Positions 37,481 to 50,616 of a DNA stretch of 64,000 nt are shown here, in pieces. The notes under the pieces were generated by a model, which saw nothing but the letters and a program-made list of their open reading frames with translations, made no database searches and was not told the DNA's origin. The stretch is from contig NW_024704742.1 in NCBI RefSeq assembly GCF_018977255.1, positions 135,410,001-135,474,000 of the forward strand, in the 5' to 3' direction. Source of the DNA: Callorhinchus milii (Eukaryota). Within the stretch, counting starts at the first letter, position 1, and the number at the start of each line of letters is the position of its first letter. The translations under genes were made by a program, and so were the position numbers.

Positions 37481-38189
37481 ATACTCACTGGAATTAGTTA
37501 AACAGACACAGCTTAACTAATTCTGAGTGTTAACACTGGAATTAGTTAAGCCCCGTTTCAGACACAGGGAAATTCCCATGTTTAGGTGGCGCACGTATGT
37601 GCCACTCTCAGTTTCGTTTGGAGACCTTTCAGTACGGAGGTGGATTTCCATGTGTGTCACGGCAGTCAGCCAACCAAAAACAAATACCCACAAGTTTCCT
37701 TTTCTCCCCCACCCAAACACAAAATGTCAATTTGCAAGTGTAACGAGCTGGCACTGAGTTTGCAAGTCACAGTCACTCTATGACAGGCCTTGAGTCCTGG
37801 GCCTTATAATAACATAATAATAATCCTTACATTTGAGATAGTGTCTTGTCACGGTGTCAAGGGGTCTCAGAGGGTTTCACAGGATTTGCTGTAAAGTAGA
37901 TTGACTGTATTTTATGGGCGAAACCTTATCCTGCCATTGAGGCATCTCAAAGCGAATCACACGATGTCTAGTGGATTGACTGCATATTTTGCAGACAAAC
38001 ACAAACAATTTGCACACCACAGTGTTCCACAAACTGCCATGAAATAAGTGACCAATTTTATTTGAGGGATTGTCAGCCAGGACACTGGGAGAAACTTGCT
38101 TCTGTTTTCGAATAATGTCATGGGGTCTTTCATGTTCACGAGTTCAACAGGTGCAAATGGGACCCTAGTTTAATGTCTCATCTGTAACG

Positions 38190-38495
38190 TAGTGATCAGA
38201 GCACTCCCTTCGCAAGCCAGAGGACCTGGGTTTGATTCCCAGTCAGGGCGAAGCCTTAGGCAAGTTTCCTTACTCGGATCGCTTTCCAAGGCTAATGATC
38301 CCTTCAAAAAAAAAGAATAATTTGGTTATTCAATCCACGACTGTTTGTGGGACACGGCTGTGTATAATTGGATGCTGAGTTTCTCCCACAAAATATACAG
38401 TCACTACATTTTACAATGTATTCTGTGAAGAGCTTTGAGACGTCTCAAAGACGCGATAAGGCTCTACATCAAATGCAAGGACTATTATTATTATC
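38190..38495 (+). mobile_element. SINE family A
   Basis: tagtgatcagagcactcc head, ccttaggcaagtttccttactc, shared tail. Confidence 0.8.
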
Positions 38496-39872
38496 ATGAA
38501 GACACCACCTTCTTCACATCACCCAGGCACTGTATTGGAGTGTCAGCCTCGACTGTGAGAGCTCAAAATCAAAGTGAGGGCTTGAACTCACAACCTTCTG
38601 ACTCACAGACGAGAGTGTCGTTGACTCAGCCCCATTGAAGGGCTCTATATAAATGCAAGTTGCTGCTGTTGCTGTGGTTGTTGTTGAGAACATCACAAAC
38701 CTCTACACAAGGTTAGAGTTCAGTGACAATGTATTTTGTAGGCGAAAGCGACAGACGATTTTGCACACGTTAATGTTCCGCAAACACCCATGATCAATTT
38801 GCCGCAAACAGAATGATCAATTTGTATTTGGAGGATTGTTGGCCAGGGCGTAGAGTAGACAGTTATAGAGATTTTAGCCTGCCATTTCGGACCGTCAAAC
38901 TAATTCTGATGTAAATTGTTTCACTAAATACATGACTAATCTCAAATGCATGTCTTGTCTCCTTCACACAGTCCATTCCTTCCCACTCTCGCTCTCCCTC
39001 TCCCCACAGACCATCTATTAAATTGTTCAATCATAGAATGATAGCAATTTGGCCGGTTAAATCTGTGCTGGTCAAATTGATGCTATGCCTTAACTGTTGC
39101 AGAACATCCAATACCATTTTCCTGATTCTCACCCATTTATGTTCCATCATGGAAATCCTTGAAATTCCAGTACAATGGGAGGCCAATGAGTCTAAATTTG
39201 TGTTGGCTCATCCACCAGAGCTAATCACTCAAACCCCAACCCACTACTCTCTCCTCCTAAATAATACTAATCCTTGCATTTAATAAAGCGTCTTTTCACT
39301 CCGTTGAGATGTCCCAAAGTGTTTTTTCTTTAAATGTTAGATTTTTCTTAAATTGTTTCTCTGTCTAATGCGTATCCAAATACAGTTTCCAATGTTAAAA
39401 AAACGACCATCCTTGCATACAGTCAAAAAAATAATAATAATAATTTATTAAATAAATTCAATCATTCAATCCACGACTGTATTTGGGGACACAGCTGTGT
39501 GCAATTGGCTGCCATATTTCGCCGTCAAAATATTCACTTTATAGCATATTCTGTTAAGCACTTTGAGACGTCTCAACGACAAGATAAGGCGCTATATCAA
39601 ATGCAAAGATTTTTATATAGCAACAATGCTTACATAATATCGCATCAGCAAAACACTGGCACTTCACAGAATTTTACTACAAAGTATAATGACTGCTTTT
39701 TTGTTACTATCCCAGCAGACAGTTTGCACACAGCAACGTTACATAAACAGGCATAAAGTGAATGAAAAATGTTTTATTTAGGATACTGGGAGAAACTCTA
39801 GTCCAATTTCCAACAGTGCCAAGAGGTCTTTGACATCCAACAGACTGGGCAGATGAGCCATCAGTTTTTCTG

Positions 39873-40876
39873 TGGAGTCCTTGTGGAGTGGTTAGAACAC
39901 TTGCCTTGCAAGCGAGAGGACGCAGGTTTGATTTCCAGGCCGCGTGAAACCTTAGGCAAGTTTCCTTACTCCACATGCCTCTGTTTACCCAGCAGTAAGT
40001 AGGAACCGGTTGTGAGTCGGTTGACGAATCGCTTTCCGGGGATAATAATCCCTCAAAAAAATAATGATAATTTGGTGACTCATTCCACGACTGTTTGTGG
40101 GACACTGCTGTGTGCAATTGACTACCACATTTTACGCAGAAAATACCACTCCATCACTCCCTCACCCCTCAGACCACTGAAACTCTTGGTGCATGCCTTC
40201 ATCACCTCCAGGCTCGACTATACAAATACGCTGCTTGTCGGCCTTCCCAACTCCTCCCTCCACAGACTGCAGATAATCCAGAACCCTGCAGCCCATGTCC
40301 TCTCCCGCACCAAACTCCGTGACCCCATATCCGTGACCTCATTCTCGCCCGACTCCATTGTGCGTAAAACTGGATCAGAGAATCCAGTTCAAGATCCTGG
40401 TCCTCACCTACAAAGCCCTCATTGGCCTCGCCCCACCCTACCCTGTGACCTCCTAACCCCCTACCAACCCGCCCGTTCCCTCTGCTCAGCCGGCTCTGGC
40501 CTGCTCCACGTCCACCATTGGCGGGAGAGCCTTCAGCCACTCTACCCCCAACCTCTGGAATTCCGTCCCCCAATCACTCCGCCTCGCCTTCCTCCTTAAC
40601 CTCCTTCAAGTCCCGCCTCAAAACCCTCCTCTTCGACCATTCCATCGGTCACCCCCCTCCCTTCTCCCTCCTCCCTCCCTGACCCCAGCTCGGGTCTGAA
40701 ATGCTGTACCCTATTGCCTTGGGATGTCCTCCTGACGTGAAAGGTGCTATACAAATGTAATCTTGTTATTTTTTGTTGCACACAGTCAATTCACTTTACA
40801 GTATATTCTGTGAAGCATTTTGAGACGTCTCACTGCGTGATAAGGCAAATGCAAGGATTATTATTATTATTATTAT
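39873..40876 (+). mobile_element. SINE family A split by an L2 insertion (SINE 39873-40146 and 40779-40876)
   Basis: SINE consensus ...aaaatac breaks at 40146 and resumes as cacagtcaattcactttacag after the L2 tail. Confidence 0.8.
40147..40778 (+). mobile_element. L2 LINE 3' fragment (ORF2 C-terminus, 3' UTR, tail), frameshifted
   Basis: Translates [44 protein letters not shown], typical of the L2 ORF2 C-terminus; ends gtgaaaggtgctatacaaatgtaat(ttg)n. Confidence 0.92.
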
Positions 40877-41435
40877 CAACTCAACTGAAGGGCAAAGTAG
40901 TGCACCCTGAGGCCTGTGCTGAGTTGTCAGTTCAAAGACCGAACTTGAGGCTTGAACCCACTAACCTTCTGGCTCAGAGGTGAGAGTGCTACTGACTGAG
41001 CCAAGCTGACACCTGTTATTGCGCTGTTATGATAATAAGGTTCTTGAGTTGAACATTGCACCTTTCATGTCAGGAGGATTCACTGTAAATATTAAGCCTT
41101 TCATTCGCTATAGCGCCTTCCGTCTCAAAGCGCTTCACAGAACATACTGTAAAGTGAATTCACTCTATATTTTGTGGGTGACACGCAACAGCCAATTGCG
41201 CGCAGCAGTGTCCCACAAGCAGTTGTGAAGTGTAGTGACTGTGTATTTTGTAACTTACGCCCTAACTTTAATAACTATGTTGGTGCATGGAAATCGATGT
41301 GAATGAGGGTTCACAAGCAAATTCCCGATATTGCAGGTCTGTGTAAGCTCCAGTGCAGGTTTACTGGCACCTTGTGTCGTTCATGTTCTCTGCACGGAGG
41401 TCAAATTGTTGAATTTGAGTCCATGTGACCCAGTT

Positions 41436-41850
41436 TGCCAGCCTGGCTCAGTTGGTAGCACTCTCGCCGCTCAGTCAGAAGGTTGTTGGTTCAAGCTCAA
41501 CATCAGGACTTGAAGCTTTGCATAGACAATCCTGACACAATGCTTGTGGGATGTGGAGTGGTGGTTGTGTTGTCAGAGGTGCCGTCCTTCGGATGAGATG
41601 TTAAACCTTCTGCACCCGTTCAGATGGACGTTAAAAGATCTCATGCCGCTCTTCGAAAAGAGAAGGGAGTTCCTCCCGGTGTGCTGGCTAACAATCCCCC
41701 TCGTTCAGAATCAACCATTCGTGGGACGTTGTTGTGGGCAAATTAGCTGCCTTCTTTGACCCACAAAATTACAGTCGCTACACTTTAAGACGTTTAAGAT
41801 GTTGTCCCAATGCGAAGAGTCCTGTCCCAAAGTAAGAATTATTATCATCA
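41436..41850 (+). mobile_element. SINE family B (Deu)
   Basis: cagcctggctcagttggtagcactctcgcc head; aggtgccgtccttcggatgagatgttaaacc core. Confidence 0.85.
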
Positions 41851-42349
41851 GTTAATTGGTAAACTACAGAAACCGTGTCACTGGTCAGGGACTGTCTTTC
41901 ATCTACAGAACAGCAGAGATTTTAATTGAAAGAATGAGTGTTGATTTCTTGCTTTGCTTGGCTTCCCTCTGCCTTTCCCTCTCTTCATCCCTCTCCCCCT
42001 CCCCCCACCTCAATCTCCCTCTCTTCTCTCTCTTTCTTCTCTCTCTCCTCTTTCGCCCTTTATCTGTTGCTCTCTCCCACTCCTCTTCTCCATATGCTGT
42101 GGGTAAGCCAATCCCCGAGGGAGATGTTTCTTGGATGGACGCCCTCTTCACAGCGCATTGTCAACCCGTCATGTGACTTCCTCTTCCATAAGCATCCTGT
42201 AGACCATCTCACGCTAGTTATTTTTCCTCCTATGAGCTTGTTTTCCCGTGAGTGTCTGTTTCTTCCTGCCGTACTATGTCAGCCCCGGCCTTTGTTGCTG
42301 AAGTTTTGTTGCTTCAGTACATGTCTTGTTCTCTGCAACTTTTCAGTCT

Positions 42350-42725
42350 CTAGCCTGGCTCGGTTGGTAGCATGCTCACCTTCTGGATCAGACAGTCGTT
42401 GGTTCAAGCCCCACATCAGGACTTGGAACTTGCACAGTCTAGGGTGATGCTATTGTCGGAGATACTATCCTTTGGCTGAGACATTACACCAAGGTCCTGC
42501 CTGTGTCTGTTCAGGTCAATGTTAAAGATCCCATGGCGCTATTAAGCAAGAGATGGAAGTTTCTCTCTCCCAATGTCCTGGTTGACAATCCCCACCCAAA
42601 AAAAATTGGTCATTCATTTTGTGGCTGTTTGTGGGACATTGGGTGCAATTTGACAGCCAACATTCACCCACAAGATACACAGTCACTTTACAATAAATCC
42701 TGTGAAGCGCTTTGAGACATCCTCC
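42350..42725 (+). mobile_element. SINE family B (Deu)
   Basis: Head and gttaaagatcccatggcgcta core. Confidence 0.82.
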
Positions 42726-42754
42726 TGAATTGAAACATGTGTATTAAAGCCTTT

Positions 42755-42995
42755 TTGCTCCCATTCTTTGGAACTCCATCCCACAGTCCCTTTGCCTCGC
42801 CCCTTCCCTTGCCTCCTTCAAGGTATGTCTCAAATCCTCCTCTGCGATCAAGCCTTCAGTTACCCTCCTCCTCTTTGCCTACCCTCCAGCCCTCCTAATC
42901 CCAACCTCCTGCTTGGGTCCAAATCCCTGACTGACCAGGGTCCCGGGATGAAGTCCTGACATGAAAGGCTCTGTACAAATGCAATTTGTTGCTAA
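42755..42995 (+). mobile_element. L2 LINE 3' fragment
   Basis: tggaactccatcccacagtccc...cctccttcaagg and tail. Confidence 0.8.
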
Positions 42996-43317
42996 GTGTA
43001 AGGATTATTATTATTGATTATAGAGTAATCCTATAGTACCAGTTATTTTGCACATCTGCTGTGCAAATTGTATCCAAACCTGCTTCAAGCGAACCACTGA
43101 CAAGGATTTAATGAATAATCATTATTGCAAAATATTTTAAATTGTTGAGATGTGTCTCTAATTAAGCAATGATTCAGCAATGATTTACAAGAGCTCAAGA
43201 GAGGTTTTTGATGAAGAAGGCCCCTTGGTCCATTTGGTCTTATCCACTCAGAGTACCAGCCCTACCATCTTCCCATTGCACCATTAAGCTGCTTTGTAAA
43301 TGAACCAAGGTACCTTG

Positions 43318-43645
43318 TGGCGACCTGTAGCTCAGTGATTAGAGCACTCGCCTCGCATGCGAGAGGACCCGGGTTCGATTTCCAGGTAGGGTGACACCTT
43401 AGGAAGTTACCTTACTCCACACGCCTCTATTTATCTAGCAATAAGTAGGAATCCGGTTGTTAGTCGATTGGCGGATCACTTTCTGGGGGTAATCATCGCT
43501 TAAAAAAAATTAATAATTTGGTTACTCCATTCACGACTGTTTGTGCGGCACTGTGTGCAATTTCCTGCTGCGTTTTGCCCACAAAATATACAGTTAAATC
43601 ACTTTACACGTCTCAAAGCGATTCAATGCAAGGATTATTATTTTT
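43318..43645 (+). mobile_element. SINE family A inserted in an old CR1 fragment
   Basis: cctgtagctcagtgattagagcactcgcctcgc head, full centre, tail. Confidence 0.85.
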
Positions 43646-44648
43646 ATAAGGTAACCTCTTCCAGTTGTTGATTGACCTCTGTGTGAAGACATACTTTATG
43701 AAATTGCCCCATACCCACACCTTCTTGTACTTCAGTCTCGGTGCATCTGAGCGCATTGCTCTGGGTTTACTTTCTCAGTACAATTTGGAAGCTCAAACAC
43801 ATCCCTAAGGTTCTCCTTACCCTCATCCCCTAAATTTTGAAGGCTGAAGAGTATGTATGGTCCAACTTATCTTGGGACGTGTTTTGAGATGTTCTCCTGG
43901 TGTGAAAGGCGCTGTATCCATTGACTATTTCTGGATTTGCTGGCTCCCACCCCCAGCAGATCGAGTTGAAGATCCTTGTCCTCACTCTGTGTTTCGTTGG
44001 TTGTTTGTAGAAGTGGCTGCCGCGTTTCACACGCAAACAAAACCACGCAGTAGTGACCAATTTTATCTGTGGGATAGTTTGCCCGGACACCGGGAGAGAG
44101 AAACTCTCTTCTCTTTCCCAATGGCATCGTGACATCTTTAACATCCACCGAACAGGCACTGAAAGGACCTTGTTTTTAATGTATCATTCGAAGGACGGCA
44201 CCTCTGACAAAACAATGATCTCCCCAACTCTGTATTGGAGTGTCAGCCTAGACTGTGAGCTCAAAGTTGCAAACAGCGTCTTGAAATTCACATTGTGTTT
44301 TTTTTCCATTGCATAAAATTGACATTTTGTGCCATAAAAACAAGATAAATTGGAGGTTAAATCCAGACTTCCGTGCTCTTTTTTTGTCACTTGAGGCTGA
44401 GAGGTAAATTTCCTGACCTGGGAGTTCACATCACATCAGGATGAAGTGTGATGTTTGGCCTTTGACAGTGACGTCCCTGACAGCTGTAACTGTACGTTAG
44501 GCCCCTCGGGCTCTTTTAAACCGTACAGATGCCTTTTGCATCCGCTTGCTTTTAGCTCGCCTCTCTCGATTGGAAACAAAAACTTGGAAGGACACAAAAG
44601 AAGTATCCCGAAGGATTGGTACAGGAGAGAAATTGGCCGTCTTCCGGT

Positions 44649-45020
44649 AGAGTCCTCTAACTTAGTGGTTAGCGCACTTGCCTCGCAAGCGAGAGGACCC
44701 AGTTTCGATTCCAGGGCAGAGCAAAACCTTAGGCAAGTTTGCTTACTCTCCACATGGCTCTGTATACCTAGCAGTAAGTAGGAACCTGTTGTTAGTCGAT
44801 TGGCAGATCGCTTTATGAAGTGATATTCCCTCAATTTTCTATTTGAAATGTGGTCACTCAATCCACAACTGTTTGTGGGTCATTACTGTGCGCAATTAAC
44901 TGCCAGGTTTCGCCCACAAAATACGCAATCCCTCCACTTTACAGTATATTCTGTGAAGTGCTTTGAGATGCCTCAATAATGTGAAAGGTGCTGTATCAAA
45001 TGCAAGGATTATTATTATTC
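44649..45020 (+). mobile_element. SINE family A
   Basis: agagtcctctaacttagtggttagcgcacttgcctcgcaagcgag head through (tta)n tail. Confidence 0.87.
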
Positions 45021-45363
45021 TTAATATTGTCAGCGTAGAAAGACAGTCATTATGCTTCATTATGAAATCCTGTGAAGTGTTCTGAGATGTTTCAATAACG
45101 TAATAAGATGCTTTATGAAATGCAAGTGTTATTATTATTATATTTGGCCCATTAAGTCTGAGCTAATGATTCTCTCCCAGTAAGCCACCTAATCAGATCG
45201 CACTCTCCTGCTCACACTCCAATACCCTTTCATATTGTTTGTGACATAACTAATTCCCTTTGAACATAATTCACGTGCTCTGCCTCAGCGATGATGAGAC
45301 CTTACTTGTGTCAGCCTGGCTCAGTGGGTAGTGTTCTTGCTTTTTTACAGCAACAATACCCTA

Positions 45364-45683
45364 TAATAATAATAATAATAATCCTTGCATTTGATATAGC
45401 GCTTTTCACGTCGGGAGGACGTCCCAAAGCGCTTCACAGTACACACTGTAAAGTGAATTGACTGTATATTTGTGGGCGAACGCGGCAGCCAATTGCGCAC
45501 AGCAATGTCCCACAAACAGTCATAGATTGAAAATGACCAATTTATTATTGTTTTTGGAGGGATTATTATTAGGCTCTGTGTGGAGTAAGGAAACTTGCCC
45601 AAGGTTTCGCCCTCTGCCTGGAATTGAACTCAGGTCTCTCGCTTGCAAAGCGAGTGCTCTAACCACTGAGCTACAGGACTCCA
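45364..45683 (-). mobile_element. SINE family A, short subfamily, young copy
   Basis: Reverse complement nearly identical to 14020-14345. Confidence 0.92.
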
Positions 45684-45699
45684 CATCTATACAAGACTA

Positions 45700-46520
45700 C
45701 CCTGCATCTATATAGAGCGCCCTTCACTCAGAGTAGAGTCTTGGAGAAGTTAACAGTAGCTGAGCTCGATGCTGAGCCAGGGAGAAAGGGGAGGTGACCA
45801 TCGGCTCGGACAATGAAGAAGATTGGTCGGGGGCTAGGAGGTGGCAGAGGTAGGGGGAGCGAGGCAATGGAGGGCTTTGAAGGTGAGGACCAGGATCTTG
45901 AACTGTATCCTCATTGTGATGGGAAGCCAGTGGGCGAGGATTGGGTAATAGGGTCACGGAGCCTGTGCGGGAGAGGGCATGTGCTGCAGAGTTCTAGATG
46001 ATCTTCAGCCTATGGAGGGAGGAGTTGGGGAGGCCGATAAGCAAGAAGGTTTTATAGTCAAGCCTGGATGTTCTGAATGCGTGTATGAGGGTTTCAGCAG
46101 CCTGCGGTGTGAGACAAAGGCGGAGCCGGGAGATGTTGCGGAAGTGGGGGAAGGAGAGCAGGTCATGGCACGGATATGGGATAGAAAGGATAGTTGAGGG
46201 TCAATCAAGACCTCAAGATTCCACACTGACGTAGTAGAGTGAAGTGTGCAACCGTGGATGGTGATGCTGTCAGTGCCTGAGGTGAGGAGGTGCTGACAGG
46301 TGCCAATCAGGAGAGCCTCGGTCTTGTTGACGTTCAACTGAAGAAAGTTAGCTCTCATCCAGGACTTGATGTCTGACAGACATTCTGTGAGGACAGCATT
46401 GGTCCTGGAGTCAAGGGTGGAGGTAGAATTGGGTGTCATCCGCATACATGTGGAAATTGACCCCATGTCTGCGGTGATGCCACCAAGAGGGAGCATATAG
46501 ATATTGAAGAGGAGGCCTTC
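45700..46520 (-). mobile_element. L2 LINE fragment including RT core, degenerate
   Basis: Minus-strand [18 protein letters not shown] (atgtatgcggatgacacccaa) and [27 protein letters not shown]. Confidence 0.92.
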
Positions 46521-46536
46521 AAAGCCCTCCATGAAT

Positions 46537-46830
46537 GATCCTTGCATTTGATATTGCATCTTTTCACATTGTTGAGACGTCTTAAAGTGCTTCACAGGAT
46601 ATGCTGTATTGTGGATTGACTGTGTATTTTGTGGGTGAAATGTGGCAGCCAATTGTGCACAGCAGTGTCCCACAAACAGCTGTGGAGCGAGTGACCAATT
46701 TTATTTTTGGGGATCATCGGGCAGGAGACTGGGAGAGAGAAACTCCCTTCTCTTTTCAGTAGTACCATGGGATCTTTAACAACCACCAGAACGGGCGGAG
46801 AGGATCTCAGTTTAATGCCTCATCCGAAAC
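46537..46830 (-). mobile_element. SINE family B 3' part
   Basis: Reverse tail and ccatgggatctttaaca core. Confidence 0.8.
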
Positions 46831-47710
46831 GTGTGTTTGTATAGCACCCTTCACATAGAATAGCATCTCAGAGCACTTCATATTGGCAGGTTTGGCAGGA
46901 GGAAGGGGAGGGAGGGAAGTGGCCAAAGTTGAAGAGTCAGCACGGTTGAAGAGTTAGGCTTTGCAGATGGATTTGAAGAAAGAAATAGAGAAGGGGCGAG
47001 CGGAGGAAGGGCAGAGGCAGGGAGGTCAGAAGTTGGGGGCGTAATGACTGAAAGACTTGGCCACCGATGGAGACCTGTGCTATCTGAGCAGGCAGAGGAG
47101 ATTAGAGAGATAGGGAGGTGCTCGGGCAGAACAGGGTTTATATGTGAAGGTGAGGATCTTGAGGTTAATCCGTTCAGAGTCAGGGAGCCAAGGAGTCGTG
47201 TGAGGATTGGGTAGATGGGAGCGTGGAGTTTGGTGTGGGTGAGACGCGGGCGGCAAAGTTTTGGATTCGTTGAACCTTGTGAATGATGGACTTGTTGGAC
47301 AATCTTGGAGGCTAAGGACAACCCCAGCCTCCTCTTCTCCATCACGAACCGACTCCTCCGCCCACCCTCTCACGCCTCACTCACCCAGGTGACGCTGAAC
47401 TTCCTTGAATTCAAAGTCGCCCGGATCCGACACTGTCTCACACCGCAGGCCGCCGAAACCCTCATACACACCTTCTACACCCACCCTCTGGAACTCCATC
47501 CCACAATCCCTCCGCCTCGCCCCCTCCCTAGCCACTTTCAAGAGCCACCTCAAGACCCTCCGCTTTCGATCTCCCTGCTTCCCCCTCTACCCTCCCTCCC
47601 TCCCCCACCCCGACCCCCCAGCTCAGGTCCGTGACTATCTGTCCAGCACCTTGGGACTCCCTCCGGATGTGAGAGGCGCTTTACAGATGTAACTTTGTTG
47701 TTGTTTTTGT
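46830..47710. mobile_element. Two L2 fragments in opposite orientation (minus ~46830-47300, plus ~47300-47710)
   Basis: Minus: RINLKILTFTYK-like and PIYPILTRL motifs. Plus: [39 protein letters not shown] and L2 tail. Confidence 0.8.
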
Positions 47711-48131
47711 GTTGTGGAAGGAACGAGAGGGGAAGCAGGGCTCACGATGAAACGGGGAGGAGGTAATTTAAGGGAGGACAGGAATAAATAAAAGTAACAG
47801 TAGATAAATTCAATAGTTCACCCCCCCCCCCCTCGCTCCTTCCGCCAACAAAATAAACGTCGAGGTGCGAAGTGCAGACGAAGGCATCTTTGCTGACAGT
47901 TTCAAAGCAACATTTTCAGAATAAAAATACATTGAGGAATAAAATTAGACGTGGCGATTAAAAATAGGGATAGAGAGAAGCTTTGCGCCTCTCCCACCAC
48001 TGATTATTGGAAGCAGGACTAACTTCTTGTTCTGTTTAGGAATGCAAGAGAGCTAGTTCAGGAGCTGAGCAGTTGGAAACAGGAAGCACATTTCTGCTTT
48101 CATCTCTCCAGCTGTTTTTGATGCCCGCTGA

Positions 48132-48251
48132 AACACACAGCACGCGCACATACACACATCCATATATACACACACACACATAGACTCACACGTACACTCA
48201 CACATACTTACACATATACACACATACACACGCCCGCATACATACACACAC

Positions 48252-48287
<36 letters not shown>

Positions 48288-48290
48288 ACA
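48132..48290. repeat. Degenerate (CA)n microsatellite
   Basis: Direct reading; similar tracts at 3950-4040 and 16460-16720 (CA/TA). Confidence 0.9.
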
Positions 48291-48484
48291 AAGCGGAATA
48301 ATTATGCCAGCCGCTTCCTATTTAATCCTCATCAAAGAAGATGGGCATTTTTTTCTTTTGCTGCTCTCGTCAGTTCTACCAACTGAGCCAGGCTGACACC
48401 GTGGTTTGTAAGTGCGGAGAGAACATATACATACACGAGCCCGACACTGCTTGGGGTACAACGACAAGTTGTATGTTGTGATGT

Positions 48485-49040
48485 TTAGCGTATTGGTTAG
48501 AGTGCTCGCCTCACCAGCCAGAGGACTGGGTATGATTCTTGGACATGGCAAAACCTTAGGAAGTTTTCTTATTCCACTCGCCTCTATTAGCAGTAAGTAG
48601 ACACTTGATTGTTTTAGTCGATTGGCGGATCGCTTTCCGTGGGTAATAATCCCTTCAAAAATAAATAAACAGTAATAATAATTTGGTCACTCAATCCACG
48701 CCTGTTCGTGGGACACTGCTGGGCGCAATCGACTGCTGCGTTTCACTCGCAAAATGCACAGTCAATCCACTTTACAAATATCCTGTGAAGTGCTTTGAGA
48801 CCTCTTAATGATGTGATAAGACGCTATATCAAATGCAAGGATTATCATTACTATATTGTGTTGAATAAATAAATAGTAATAATAATTTGGTCACTCAATC
48901 CACACCTGTTTGTGGGCACTATTGTGCGCAATTGGCTGCGCATTTCACCCACAAAATATACAATCATTTCACTTCAGAATATATCTTGTGAAGCGCTTTG
49001 AGACATCTTCACAACTGAATCAAATGCAAGGATTACTATT
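48485..49040 (+). mobile_element. SINE family A with tandemly repeated 3' half
   Basis: Head ~48485, tail ~48850, second 3' half 48876-49040. Confidence 0.82.
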
Positions 49041-50616
49041 AAGGTTGTGGGTTCAAATCTCACACGAACCCGCAACCCACATAAAATTAGTCATTGACTT
49101 AATGGGTGTTTTTGAGACCTTGATGTACATAAATTAGTTGCCTCTTTTGCTACAAATCACTCAAGTCTACACTATATTTCTTAGTTCTGTTTCAAAAAGA
49201 TTGCTCAATTAAACGTGTGCTTTTATGGATGAAGGTAATAAATACTCACTCCCACACGCGCGCACACACACACTTACACCCTTACACACACACTCCCGCG
49301 CAGCCTGGTTCTTTCTGCGCTTGGGATTAAATCTCATTCGAATAATTTAGAGACGAGGTAACTTGCTTTAGTAGAGTGCAACCTCTTTGGAAAATGAGAA
49401 CAGTAACTGCGACTCCAAATGAGGTTGAACCAATATTTTTTCGATGACTCCCCGTGGGACAGATAAAGACGCTGCACTTCCTTTCAGGGATGAGATCACA
49501 AGTGTGGGGGTGGGGGGATAGGGTGGGGTGGAGTGTTTGGAGTGGGGAGTTAGAGGAGAGATTTGGGGGAAACCAAAAGGAATAGGGGCTGATTAGGGGC
49601 TGTCCTGCTGGGGGACCAGTCTAGAATTGTGATTGCTCTTATTAATTTGGGGTCACCCTCGTGTCACACACACGCAGAAACACATCACTGTGCTTAAGAG
49701 TATCTAAGCCAGATGAAGGATTTTACACGTGTACGTCACCTGCACACGATAATATTCCTGCGTGTGGAACGGAGCGCACACTCTCTCTCTCTCTTCCCCA
49801 GAGGGACGCACTCTTCTTACTTAATCCTGGAGAGTATAAGGCGAGGCAGGGGGTTTGGTGGAGGGGGGGAAAGGAGTGAGGCCTCCGAGACATTACCCCA
49901 TGCAAAGGGCCCCCTATAAGTGCAAGTTGATGTCGTCGAGAGAGGGTACAGGGAATACCAAAGTGTGCGTTCTCTCTCACTCTTTTCGAATAGAGTCACC
50001 GGATCTTGAGCAGACGCGAGGTTGGCCCAGTGACTTAATGGAAGGATGGGACCTCTGAGAAATGTGGTACTCGCTCCCACATTTGAACCCACATTCCCCT
50101 CCCGTGCCCCCAACCCAAACACTACCCAGGAACATTGCCTTGTTGGATACCGACTGCTTCCGATACACATTGTCCCATGCACTAAATTCCAAGCTCACGA
50201 CAGGAAGTGGGATGGGAGATAGAGAGGAAAACCTTAGGATAATCAGTAAGCGAATGGCCGTGGTTTAAGGCAAGTCAATGTCCCGTGACTGAAAAGTCAA
50301 AGCAAGCACAATCCCCACGTCACTTTTTATTACAAAAGGGAATTAATCTTCAACATGACCACTGCCATTAGAACAAATTGCATTAGTAAAGTACACTGAC
50401 CTTGACCTACAACATTACTAGGGAACATCAGGCGGATTTAAGGGACATCGCCTTATTTTCTGTGGGCTACTGACCTTTTCCAATATGTATTGTCACGTGT
50501 ACTTGAAGCTCACTGATGTATCGGAGGCGCCGTCTCTCAGATGAGATATTGAACTGAGGGTCCCTCTCAGGTGGACCTTAAAGCACAATAACATTGCGTC
50601 AGCCTGACGCAGTGGT

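Noticed and set aside
46005..46673. 222-aa RT-like ORF as an active retrotransposon gene
   Set aside because: Truncated, frameshifted L2 fragment fused to SINE sequence; the YADD motif is out of frame with flanking motifs.
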